Source: an uncultured Phycisphaerales bacterium
GTDB taxonomy: Bacteria; Planctomycetota; Phycisphaerae; Phycisphaerales; SM1A02
Direction: 5' to 3'
Assembly (NCBI GenBank): GCA_938084645.1
Contig: CALKEP010000022.1
Location: 32,001 to 96,000 of the forward strand
Length of the DNA stretch: 64,000 nt
Shown here in pieces: positions 21,967 to 31,700 of the stretch; positions within the stretch are counted from its first letter, which is position 1; the number at the start of each line of letters is the position of its first letter. Made by a program: the position numbers and the translations under genes. The notes under the pieces were generated by a model. It searched no databases. It was given only the letters and a program-made list of their open reading frames with translations, and was not told the DNA's origin.

Positions 21967-23379
21967 ATGGCGAAGACTCGAACCTCCTATCTCTGCCGGG
22001 ACTGCGGTGGTGTTCAGGCCAAGTGGATCGGGCGATGCCCCGACTGTGCGGCGTGGGACACCCTCGAGGCATTCACGGAATCACCCGCGGCATCGACTGC
22101 GGCGGTCGGCATGGTGGCGGGCATCGCCATTTCCGGGGCAGGCCCCGGCGACGGCGGCACCGGGGTCCTCACCAAGGCCGTCCCGCTGGTCGAGATCGAT
22201 CAACTGGAGGTTCCGAGGATCCCCACGGGAATCGAGGAGTTCGATCGAGTGCTCGGTGGCGGGGTGGTGCCGGGTTCGGTGGCATTGCTCGGTGGCGAAC
22301 CCGGAATAGGCAAGAGCACCCTCCTGATGCAGGCGGCGGCCCGGGTCGTGTCCGCGGGGCGGACGGTGCTCTACGTCAGCAGTGAGGAGAGTCCGCAGCA
22401 GATCCGGCTTCGGGGCGACCGCCTTCTGGGGGCCGCGGTGGCCGATCTTGGGAACCTCTTCCTCTGCACGGAGACGAATCTGGTTCGAATCGTCGAGGAG
22501 ATCAGGCGGGTGAAGCCTGATCTGGTGCTGCTCGACTCCATTCAGATGGTGTATCGCGGTGATCTCGACGCACCGCCGGGGTCGACGACCCAGCTTCGCC
22601 GCTGCTGCCATGACCTCGTCCAGCTGGCCAAGATCGCCGGGGCTGCCGTCGTGGTGGTGGGCCATGTCACCAAAGAAGGCTCGCTGGCGGGACCGAAGCT
22701 GCTCGAACACGTCGTCGACGCGGTGCTGGCTTTCGAGGGGGATCGGGAGCACGGCCATCGGGTGCTGCGGGCGACCAAGAACCGATTCGGCTCGACGCAG
22801 GAGATCGGGCTCTTCGAAATGGGCGGCACCGGCCTGCAGCAACTCGACGAGGGCGGCATCGCGATCGACACTTCGGGACCTGGCCTGCCGGGATCCGTGC
22901 TCACCGCCACGATGGCCGGCACGCGGTGCCTGCCGGTGGAAATCCAGGCGTTGACGTCGACCGGCTTCCTCGGTTCGGCGAAGCGACGCGGCACGGGCAT
23001 CGATGCGAATCGACTGGCCATGCTGATCGCCGTCCTCGAGAAGCACGGCGGCCAGCGATTGGCGGATCAGGACATCTTCGCCGCGGTGGCGGGTGGAATC
23101 CGCGTCACGGAACCCGCTGCGGACCTCGCTCTGGCCCTGGCGATCGCCGGGGCCCACCATGGGCGTGCTCTTCGTCCGGGGACCGTGGTTCTGGGTGAAG
23201 TCGGCCTCACGGGAGAGATCCGATCGGTCCGGGGGATCGACCAACGGCTTCGGGAACTCGCCCGGAGGGGTGCGGTCGCGGCGGTGATTCCTCGGTCGCA
23301 GGCGGATCTCGCCACGGGACTCGGCCTCGAAATCCACGCAATTGCCGGAATCGGCGCGGGTCTCTCCACGCTCGAGTGA
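21967..23379 (+). CDS. radA: DNA repair protein RadA/Sms
   Basis: C4 zinc finger, GGEPGIGKST, KNRFG, Lon-like C-terminus. Confidence 0.97.
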   Translation: MAKTRTSYLCRDCGGVQAKWIGRCPDCAAWDTLEAFTESPAASTAAVGMVAGIAISGAGPGDGGTGVLTKAVPLVEIDQLEVPRIPTGIEEFDRVLGGGVVPGSVALLGGEPGIGKSTLLMQAAARVVSAGRTVLYVSSEESPQQIRLRGDRLLGAAVADLGNLFLCTETNLVRIVEEIRRVKPDLVLLDSIQMVYRGDLDAPPGSTTQLRRCCHDLVQLAKIAGAAVVVVGHVTKEGSLAGPKLLEHVVDAVLAFEGDREHGHRVLRATKNRFGSTQEIGLFEMGGTGLQQLDEGGIAIDTSGPGLPGSVLTATMAGTRCLPVEIQALTSTGFLGSAKRRGTGIDANRLAMLIAVLEKHGGQRLADQDIFAAVAGGIRVTEPAADLALALAIAGAHHGRALRPGTVVLGEVGLTGEIRSVRGIDQRLRELARRGAVAAVIPRSQADLATGLGLEIHAIAGIGAGLSTLE

Positions 23380-23584
23380 TTTTTTTCGGGGTCGTGATCA
23401 GCCCGTTTCAAGCCTCGAACGACGGAAATCATGGAAAACATGACGGATTCGCCCGGATCTGTCAGGCCGCGCAACCTCTTTTAGAACAGACACTTGGGGA
23501 AGGCCCGGAATTGGCGGGGCCGGATGTTCGGGATCTGTTCGCAGTGCTTGCTGGTCCCACTGTGGCGAACCCTCGGGGAGTGGG

Positions 23585-23758
23585 TATAGTCCCGTCCTTA
23601 ATCCCGGCCGGCCATGTTGGTCGATAGGGAAACTCACGTCCGGCTTTTGCCACGGGTGGCAGGAGCAACGCACGGGCGGGTGGATGAATTCGGGCCGTCG
23701 CACGCAGGTCACCACTGTGCGACGAACAAGGCCCATGCACTTCTTGGAGAGTCACCCA
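23585..23758 (+). promoter_or_regulatory. Putative -10 box (TATAGT) and about 160-nt structured 5' leader of porin 1
   Basis: TATAGT 23585-23590; hairpin GCTTTTGCCA/TGGCAGGAGC (23643-23666); nested GGGCC..CGTCGCAC/GTGCGACG..GGCCC stem before the RBS. Confidence 0.6.
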
Positions 23759-25129
23759 ATGAGTCTGACCAACAAGTTTGGGCTCGTCGCTGGAACGACC
23801 GCACTGGCCATCGCCGGTTCGGCTTTCGGCGGTGTCGAGTCCGACAACGACGCGCTTGCACAGATCGCCGAACTGAAGCAGGAGCTCGCCGAGCTCAAGC
23901 AGCAGAACGGCCAGGACTGGCTGACCGAGCAGCGATCTTCCGAGATCCGCGGCATCGTTCAGGACGTCCTCGCGGATGCCGACACCCGTACGAGCCTTCA
24001 GAGCTCGGGCGCGATGGCCGGCTACAACAACGGCTTCTTCCTCGCCAGCCCCGACGGGAACTTCTCCCTGAAGGTCGGCGGCCAGATTCAGATCCGCTGG
24101 GTCATGAACTCGGCCAAGGATCAGAACACCCTCTGGGGCTTCGAGAACCGACGTACCAAGCTCGACTTCCAGGGCAACGTCTTCAGCAAGGACTGGACCT
24201 ACCGCGTCCGATCCAACTTCTCGAACGAAGTCGCTGGCGTCAGCGACCTCGAGTTCGCCTACGTCGAGAAGGCCATGGACAACGGCATGAGCATTCGTGT
24301 CGGTCAGTTCCAGGCTCCGTGGCTTCGTGAAGTCCTCGTCGACTCCTCGATGCAGCTCGCGGCCGAGCGATCCGTCGTGTCGCAGCTCTTCAGCCAGGGC
24401 TACTCGCAGGGCATCCAGTGGGGCATGGAGTCCGACTCCTTCCGCATCAACGCTGGTCTCTTCGACGGCATCGGTGGTGCCAACAACTTCAGCGCGAACA
24501 CCTACAACTCCCGCAACACCTCGTGGAACAACTCCCCGACGAACTACGCGGTTGCTGCCCGGGCTGACTTCAAGCTCTCCGGCGACTGGAGCCAGTTCGA
24601 CGACTTCTCCAGCTTCAAGGGCGAAGAAGCCGGCATGATGGCCGGTGCCGCCGTCTTGTACCAGCGTTCGAACGGCAACAACAACGCCGCGACCGCTGGC
24701 TCCAAGGTGTTCGGTATCACGGGTGACTTCACCTGGGACTTCGGTGGCGCGAGCCTCTTCGCCTCCGGCGTCTGGGTTCAGAACAAGCCCAAGGACGCTG
24801 GCGACAAGACCAGCCCCTGGGGCGTCACCGTGCAGGGTGGCTACTTCATCAGCGAGGACCTCGAGCTCTTCGGTCGCTACGAGTACCTCAACTACAACGT
24901 CAAGGACAACAACAACAACCAGAACGTCGATAAGTACAACGGCGTCACCTTCGGCGTTAACTACTTCTTCGCCAAGGGCGTGAAGTTCACGACGGACTTC
25001 AGCTGGAACCTGAAGAGCCTCTCCGGTACCAACACCGACGCGGCTCTGAACGGCGTCGGCTTCCGGCAGGACATCAACAACGAGAAGAACCAGTGGGCCC
25101 TTCGTGCCCAGCTGCAGCTGCTGTTCTGA
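23759..25129 (+). CDS. Outer-membrane beta-barrel porin (OprO/OprP-like), paralogue 1; probably highly expressed
   Basis: Signal peptide, N-terminal coiled coil, GFFLASPDG, alternating beta strands, terminal LQLLF beta-signal; many GCT/CGT/GGT/AAC codons. Confidence 0.85.
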   Translation: MSLTNKFGLVAGTTALAIAGSAFGGVESDNDALAQIAELKQELAELKQQNGQDWLTEQRSSEIRGIVQDVLADADTRTSLQSSGAMAGYNNGFFLASPDGNFSLKVGGQIQIRWVMNSAKDQNTLWGFENRRTKLDFQGNVFSKDWTYRVRSNFSNEVAGVSDLEFAYVEKAMDNGMSIRVGQFQAPWLREVLVDSSMQLAAERSVVSQLFSQGYSQGIQWGMESDSFRINAGLFDGIGGANNFSANTYNSRNTSWNNSPTNYAVAARADFKLSGDWSQFDDFSSFKGEEAGMMAGAAVLYQRSNGNNNAATAGSKVFGITGDFTWDFGGASLFASGVWVQNKPKDAGDKTSPWGVTVQGGYFISEDLELFGRYEYLNYNVKDNNNNQNVDKYNGVTFGVNYFFAKGVKFTTDFSWNLKSLSGTNTDAALNGVGFRQDINNEKNQWALRAQLQLLF

Positions 25130-25155
25130 TCGAGAAGTTCATCCACCCGAAGATC

Positions 25156-25181
25156 GCTCCACCCCCCTCGGGGGGTGGAGC
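25156..25181 (+). other. Strong hairpin in the porin 1 3' UTR
   Basis: GCTCCACCCCC-CTCG-GGGGGTGGAGC. Confidence 0.75.
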
Positions 25182-25194
25182 TTCAAGGGCTCGG

Positions 25195-25230
25195 CCGGCC
25201 GAACCGCGAGGTTCGGCCGGTTTTTCTTTT
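25195..25230 (+). terminator. Intrinsic terminator of porin 1
   Basis: CCGGCCGAACC-GCGA-GGTTCGGCCGG followed by TTTTTCTTTT. Confidence 0.92.
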
Positions 25231-25424
25231 GATCTGAAACCGAGGGTGATGTTTGTGTCTTGTATGGAAATGGTTTTCCTTTAATGAAATTGCGACTCAA
25301 TCTCAGCACGAATCGCTTTTTCTTGTCAATATGCCCGTATCCGGGCCGTCCGACAGTCGCGCTTCCCGAAGGTCGGGAAGGCGAACAAAATAGTCTGACG
25401 GCATCTCAAGGAAACAGCATCTCC

Positions 25425-26780
25425 ATGGCACTTGAACTGCATGTTGCGATCGCTTCCGTCGCACTTATCGCATCGCCGGTCCTCGCTTCCGGAGTCGGCC
25501 CCGAGGTCGACCATGAAATCACGGGAGAGGTGGCCGACGAGATTCGCGCACTTCGCGGTGAGATCGCGGAACTCCGACGGGAATCCGACGCGGGGTGGCT
25601 CACCGAGCGGCGATCGAATGAGATCCGAGGCGTCGTCAACGACGTGCTGGCGGACGCTTCGAGCCGGGCCAGTCTCCAGGACTCGGGCGCGACCGCGGGC
25701 TGGAACAAGGGGTTCTTCCTCGCCAGCCCCGACGGCCGTTTCAAGTTGAAGGTCGGCGGGCAGGTTCAGGTTCGTTGGGTCCTGAACTCCGCGGCCGATC
25801 AGCCGACCGCCTACGGCTTCGAGAATCGTCGCACCAAGCTCTCCTTCTCCGGAAACGTGTTCGACAAGTCCTGGACCTACAAGGTCAAGGGTGGTTTTTC
25901 GCGGGCGGGTGGGCTCTTCAGGCTCGAGGAGGCGTGGGTCCAGAAGAAGCTCGAGAACGGACTCGCCATCAAGGTCGGTCAGTTCAAGGCCCCGTGGATG
26001 CGGGAGGAACTCGTCTCGAGTTCCAGGCAGCTCACCGTCGAACGCTCGATCGTCAACGAGTACTTCAACCAGGGGTATGCCCAGGGAATCCAGGTCGGCT
26101 ACGAGGCCGAGGACTTCCGCGTCTCGGCCTGGACCGGTGACGGGATCGGCTCGCGGGGGTTCGGCCCCGCCCGCACCAACAGTCAGAACACGACCTGGGA
26201 CCAGACCAGCACCAACTACTCGTTCGCCGCCCGGGCCGAGTTCAAGCTCTCCGGCGAATGGAGCCAGTTCAAGGACTTCAGCAGCGCCCGGGGCAGTGAC
26301 TCGGGCATGATGTTCGGTGTTGCGGGGGTGACCCAGCGAGCCAACCAGAACATCGGCGCCGCCGAGGGCACCAAGGTCTACGGCGTGACTGGTGACTTCA
26401 CCTGGGACCTCTCCGGGGCGAGCCTCTTCGTCTCCGGCGTCTGGACCAACGTCGACCAGCCCGGGGCCCAGTCCACGAACCCCTGGGGCGTCACGATCCA
26501 GGGCGGTTACTTCGTGACCGAGACGGTCGAAGCGTTCGCCCGCTACGAGTACATGGACTACGACCCGCCCACCTCCTCCGACATCGCTCGGTTCGATGGG
26601 TTCACGGTGGGTGGGAACTGGTTCATCAACAAGAGCGTGAAGTTCACCGCCGACTTCACCTACAACTTCGCCTCGCTCGCCACCGGGGCGTTCGTGGCCA
26701 GCAGCGCCGGATTCCGGACCGACGATCCCGGCCAGGACGGCCAGTGGGCGATCCGGGCCCAGCTGCAGTTGCTGTTCTGA
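25425..26780 (+). CDS. Outer-membrane porin, paralogue 2
   Basis: Closely similar to paralogue 1 (WLTERRSNEIRG, GFFLASPDG, GFENRRTKL, QWAIRAQLQLLF); start trimmed to ATG 25425. Confidence 0.85.
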   Translation: MALELHVAIASVALIASPVLASGVGPEVDHEITGEVADEIRALRGEIAELRRESDAGWLTERRSNEIRGVVNDVLADASSRASLQDSGATAGWNKGFFLASPDGRFKLKVGGQVQVRWVLNSAADQPTAYGFENRRTKLSFSGNVFDKSWTYKVKGGFSRAGGLFRLEEAWVQKKLENGLAIKVGQFKAPWMREELVSSSRQLTVERSIVNEYFNQGYAQGIQVGYEAEDFRVSAWTGDGIGSRGFGPARTNSQNTTWDQTSTNYSFAARAEFKLSGEWSQFKDFSSARGSDSGMMFGVAGVTQRANQNIGAAEGTKVYGVTGDFTWDLSGASLFVSGVWTNVDQPGAQSTNPWGVTIQGGYFVTETVEAFARYEYMDYDPPTSSDIARFDGFTVGGNWFINKSVKFTADFTYNFASLATGAFVASSAGFRTDDPGQDGQWAIRAQLQLLF

Positions 26781-26836
26781 TCTCGAATCATCCACCCGCG
26801 AGCACTGGATCCACGGATCTCGTGTTGCAGGAAACC

Positions 26837-26874
26837 CCGGCCGGCTCCGAATCACGGAGTCGGCCGGTTTCTTC
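26837..26874 (+). terminator. Intrinsic terminator of porin 2
   Basis: CCGGCCGGCTCCG-AATCA-CGGAGTCGGCCGG then TTTCTTC. Confidence 0.8.
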
Positions 26875-26942
26875 ATGCGGTCGGTTTCGACCGGCCGATA
26901 GATGCGGTACGGATTTCTTCAAACCAAGAGCACGAGGTTTCC

Positions 26943-28583
26943 ATGCGCAGGATGCGAATTGGACGGACGGGCGGGCTTCTGGGCGTCACCGCGACGCTGC
27001 TGACGGCCACCGCCCAGGGGCAGGACGCCACCGCGATCGAGGAGATGGCCCGTCGCCTCGCCGACATCGAGAAGCAGAACGAGACGCTCAAGACGCGGGT
27101 CAACGAGCTCGAGGCGGCCGATGCCGACGTCTGGCTCACCCAGGAGCGATCGGACCAGATCCGGGCCGTGGTCACCGACGTCCTCGCGGATGCGGAGACG
27201 AGGGTCAGCCTCCAGTCGAGCGGGATGACCGCGGGCTGGGACGACGGCTTCTTCCTCGCGAGTCCGGACGGCCGATTCCGACTCGAGGTCGGCGGCATGG
27301 TCCAGGTGCGATACATGGACTCCCATATCCGGGAGGGTTGGCCGACCTTCAACGATCAGGGTCAGCAGGAGCAGCAGTTCGCGGCCGAGGATGACGTCAC
27401 CAGCCGGGCTGGTTTCGACATCCCGCACGCCCGGCTCGATTTCAAGGGGCATGTCTTCGGGCCCGACACCCGATTCCGAGTCCAGGGTGAATTCACCAAC
27501 GAACGTCCCAATTCGATCCAGCTGTACACCAATCCAATCGCCGCCTCTTCACCGGAAAACGGCTCGTCGAACGGGGCCTTCGAGCTCCTCGACGCCTACA
27601 TCCTGCAGGAGATCGGCAACGGGTGGGCCATCCGGGTCGGTCAGTTCAAGCTGCCCTTCGATCGTGGCTGGGAGGTTCCGATTGCGAACCAGCTGACCGG
27701 CGAGCGGAACACCGTCGCCCTCCACATGGGGATCGGCCGAAGCCAGGGCATCGAGCTCGCGTGGGGCGGTGACACCACCCGCGCCCGCGTCGCCTTCAGC
27801 GACGGTGGAAACGACCGGATCTTCGATGCCTACCACTTCAGCACCACGCAGCCCCTGAACTCGCCGTACGACTTCTCCCAGGCGGAGCTCGCGTTCTCCG
27901 GTCGCCTTGAGTTCAAGCTCGCCGGCAACTGGCGCGAGTTCGACTCGATGACGTCGCCGCCGGGATCGGAGATGGGCGTGCTCCTGGGTGTCGGCGCCCA
28001 TTGGCAGCAGAGCAAGGTGATGCTGAATCCCAGCAGCTACAACGCCACGCCCGACGGTGGCTACAACGACTGGTTCGCGTTGACGGGCGACCTCACCTGG
28101 AACCTCGGTGGCGGCAGCATCAGCGCCGCGGCCTATTACCACCACGTCGCGTCCAAGTCCTCCTACCTGTACTTCGGCTTCTCGCCGGTCGGAGGCTCCA
28201 ACAACCGGACCTTCGACGCGGGGAATGTCGCGATGTTCGGAGCCAGCCTCTACGGGTCGATGTATCTCACCGCGGACTTCGAGGCGTTCGTCGGTGTCGA
28301 TTACATGGAAGTCGTCGACAACGGAAACCTCGGGGCGCTCGCCAATTCGCCGCCGGGACTCTCGGCGGACTTCTACGGGGCCTTCGCGGACACTTCGAAC
28401 TTCTCCAGCATCACCGCCGGCAGCACCTGGTACCTCGACGGGAACGATCTGAAGTGGGGTTTCTCGGTGAGTTACTTCCCGAGATCCATCTCCCCGGCGT
28501 GGACCACGCCTGAAACCGGGGTCCGGTCGACCCCGGTCAGTGATGCCTACACGATCCGGACCTACCTCCAGCTCATGTTCTGA
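26943..28583 (+). CDS. Outer-membrane porin, paralogue 3 (more divergent, longer loops)
   Basis: WLTQERSDQIRAVVTDVLADA, GFFLASPDG, VGQFKLPF, terminal LQLMF. Confidence 0.85.
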   Translation: MRRMRIGRTGGLLGVTATLLTATAQGQDATAIEEMARRLADIEKQNETLKTRVNELEAADADVWLTQERSDQIRAVVTDVLADAETRVSLQSSGMTAGWDDGFFLASPDGRFRLEVGGMVQVRYMDSHIREGWPTFNDQGQQEQQFAAEDDVTSRAGFDIPHARLDFKGHVFGPDTRFRVQGEFTNERPNSIQLYTNPIAASSPENGSSNGAFELLDAYILQEIGNGWAIRVGQFKLPFDRGWEVPIANQLTGERNTVALHMGIGRSQGIELAWGGDTTRARVAFSDGGNDRIFDAYHFSTTQPLNSPYDFSQAELAFSGRLEFKLAGNWREFDSMTSPPGSEMGVLLGVGAHWQQSKVMLNPSSYNATPDGGYNDWFALTGDLTWNLGGGSISAAAYYHHVASKSSYLYFGFSPVGGSNNRTFDAGNVAMFGASLYGSMYLTADFEAFVGVDYMEVVDNGNLGALANSPPGLSADFYGAFADTSNFSSITAGSTWYLDGNDLKWGFSVSYFPRSISPAWTTPETGVRSTPVSDAYTIRTYLQLMF

Positions 28584-28622
28584 GCCTCTCCGAGTCGGAT
28601 CCGGGGCCTCTTCGTCCACTCA

Positions 28623-28658
28623 CGCGGTCTCGTCGCTTCGGCGACGAGGCCGCGTTTT
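28623..28658 (+). terminator. Intrinsic terminator of porin 3
   Basis: CGCGGTCTCGTCGC-TTCG-GCGACGAGGCCGCG then TTTT (cUUCGg tetraloop). Confidence 0.85.
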
Positions 28659-28760
28659 CCACTCGGCGTTCCGGCCCCCATCCGGGAGGGGCCGGGATCA
28701 CGCGCCACTTGGGGCTCGTCGAGAGCCGTGCCGCGAGGGATTCCCTAAAATGCCGCGGAA

Positions 28761-31700
28761 ATGACCATCGCCAACGCCGCGTCCCCGACCATGACCACCA
28801 CCGTCCACCGTATCGAGATCCATCGGCGTCCCGAATTCGGTGATCCGGCCGCGGATGCCCTGCGTCGCGAATTCGAGGGGCTCCCGCCGGGCCTGTTGCC
28901 TCGGTCGGTCGACTGCGCCGCGGTCTATCTGATCGAGGGTGCGTTCTCCGATCGTGAACTCTCGATGATCGCCGAGGAACTGCTCGCGGACCCCGTGACC
29001 CAGTCACCGGTCATCGGCGCCGCAGCCGCGGGGGCCGATGAAGTGGTGATCGAGGTGCACCCGCTCCCCGGGGTGATGGATCCCGCGGCGGCCTCGATCG
29101 CGACCGCGATCCACGCGATGCTCGGCGAGTCCGAGGGCTCGGCCATCACGGTCCGGACCGGTCGTCGATACACCTTCGGGGGAATCGATGCGGAGGCCGG
29201 TGGCGATCTCGCGACCCGTCTTCTCGCGAACCCGGTGGTCCACGCGATTCACACCGGCCCGTATCACCCGGCGTCCTTCCCGGTCGGTCACCAGCAACCG
29301 TTCGAGGTTCGCGACGTGCCGCTGTGCGAACTCGATGACGCCGGTCTGGAGCGACTGAGCCGCGACGCGCATCTCTTCCTCTCGCTCGACGAGATGCGGG
29401 CGATCCAGTCCCATTACCAGGGCCTCGGTCGTGAGCCTCGGGAGATCGAACTGGAGACGCTCGCCCAGACCTGGTCCGAGCATTGCGTTCACAAGACCTT
29501 GAAGGCGACCATCGAGTATCGCGAACCCGCCGACGAATCGGGCTTCTCCATTCGCGACACCGCGGGTCATCGGCCCGGCCATTCGGTCGACGACGCCGGG
29601 CGGGTTCGGATTGAAAACCTGTTGAAGTCGACCGTCGCCGCCGCGACCCATCAACTGATGGCGGACGGCCTCGACGACTGGTGCCTGTCGGTCTTCGTGG
29701 ACAATGCGGGCATCGTGGGATTCGACGACGACACCGCGGTGTGCATGAAGGTCGAGACCCACAACCATCCGTCGGCGATCGAGCCGTACGGCGGGGCCGC
29801 GACCGGGATCGGCGGTTGCATCCGCGACATCATGGGCACCGGGCTCGCGGCGAAGCCGATCGCGGCGACCGACGTGTTCTGCGTCGGAACCGACGCGCCG
29901 GCCGAGATCCCCACGGGCTGCCTGCATCCGCACCGCATCCTCGGCGAGGTGGTCGCGGGGGTTCGCGACTATGGCAACCGCATGGGCATACCCACCATCG
30001 ATGGGGGGGTGTGGTTCGACGATCGCTACATCGGCAACCCGCTCGTGTACGTCGGTTGCGTCGGTGTGATGCCCCGTGATCTGATCTCCGGCGACGCCCG
30101 GCCCGGGGATCGGATCATCGCGATGGGCGGTCGCACGGGACGGGACGGGATCCACGGTGCGACCTTCTCGAGCGCGGAACTGACCGACACCCATGCCGAC
30201 GAGTTCAGTCACGCGGTGCAGATCGGTAACGCCATCACCGAGAAGGTGACGCTCGATGCCGTTCTCGCGGCACGGGATCATCCCGACGGTTGCCTGTTCA
30301 GCTCGATCACCGACTGCGGGGCTGGTGGCTTCAGCAGCGCCGTGGGCGAGATGGGCGAGAAGATCGGGGCCGAGGTGCGGTTGGATCGGGCGCCGCTCAA
30401 GTACGACGGTCTGAGTCCGGTCGAAGTCTGGATCAGCGAGGCCCAGGAACGCATGGTGCTCGCGGTGCCGGCGGAGAACGTCGACGCGATCGCGGCGATC
30501 TGCGACAGTCACGATGTCGAGTGGTGCGATCTCGGTGAGTTCGGAACGCCCGACCGGGAACTGGTGCTTCGCTGGGGCGACGTCGAGGTCGGCCGAATCG
30601 CGATGGAATTCATGCACGACGGGGTGCCCATGCCTCTTCGTGAGGCGGTTTGGGATCCCGAGTGGGCCGCCCGCGAGGCCGGCGGTGACGACGTCGGCGT
30701 GGAACGGTCGGGAGTGATCGGTGATGTCGCCGGCGTGTTCGACCTGACGGCCACGCTTCTGGGGCACCCGAATCTTGCAAGCAAGGCGTGGATCGTGCGG
30801 CAGTACGACCACGAGGTCCAGGGTGGCAGCGTGGTGAAGCCCTTCGTCGGCCCGAACGCGGGACCGGGGGACGCGGCGGTGATTCGTCCGGTTCCCGATC
30901 GCCCCCGCGGACTGGCGATCGGCCACGGGCTCGCCACCGGGCTCGCCCGCGACCCGTACGTGATGGGGCTGGCGGCGATCGACGAGTGCGTTCGCAACAT
31001 GGTCTGCGTCGGTGCGGATCCCGACCGCATCGCGATCCTCGACAACTTCTGCTGGCCCGGATGCGACGACCCTCGAAACCTCGGATCGCTGGTCCGTGCG
31101 GCCGAAGCGTGCCTCGATGGCGGCCTCGCGTATCGCACGCCGTTCGTGAGCGGCAAGGACTCTCTGAACAACCAGTTCACGACCGAGGACGGTCGGACGA
31201 TTCGAATCCCGCCGACCCTGTTGATCTCGGGCATGGGCATCGTTTCCGAGGAACGATTCGCCACCACCATGGATGCCAAGCGTCCGGGCAGCCGTCTGCT
31301 CGCGATCGGCGCGACGACGAATCGCCTTGGTGGCTCGCACTACCTTCGGGTCGGCGGGGATCCGGCCGCTGGCGTCGACGAACTGCCGGTGGTCGATCTC
31401 GAACTGGGGCCCAGGATCGCGCGGATCGTCCACGACGCGATTCGCCAGGGTCTGGTTCGGTCGGCCCATGACGCGAGCGAGGGCGGACTTCTGCCCGCCG
31501 CGATCGAGATGGCTTTCGCAGGGGGGCTCGGTCTCGAGCTCGATCTCGACGCGGTGCCGGTCGACGGAGCATCCGTCTCCGCCTTGGCGAGGGCGTTCGC
31601 GGAGGATCCCTCACGCTATCTCCTGGAAGTCGAGGAAGCGGATCTTCCGGCGGTCGAGGCACTGCTGGCGGACGTACCGCACGGCGTGGTGGGATCGTTC

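Noticed and set aside
23677..28621. Shufflon-type inversion system among the porin genes
   Set aside because: All porins are co-oriented and complete, no adjacent invertase is present, and inversion would not exchange coding ends. Kept only as a minor alternative.
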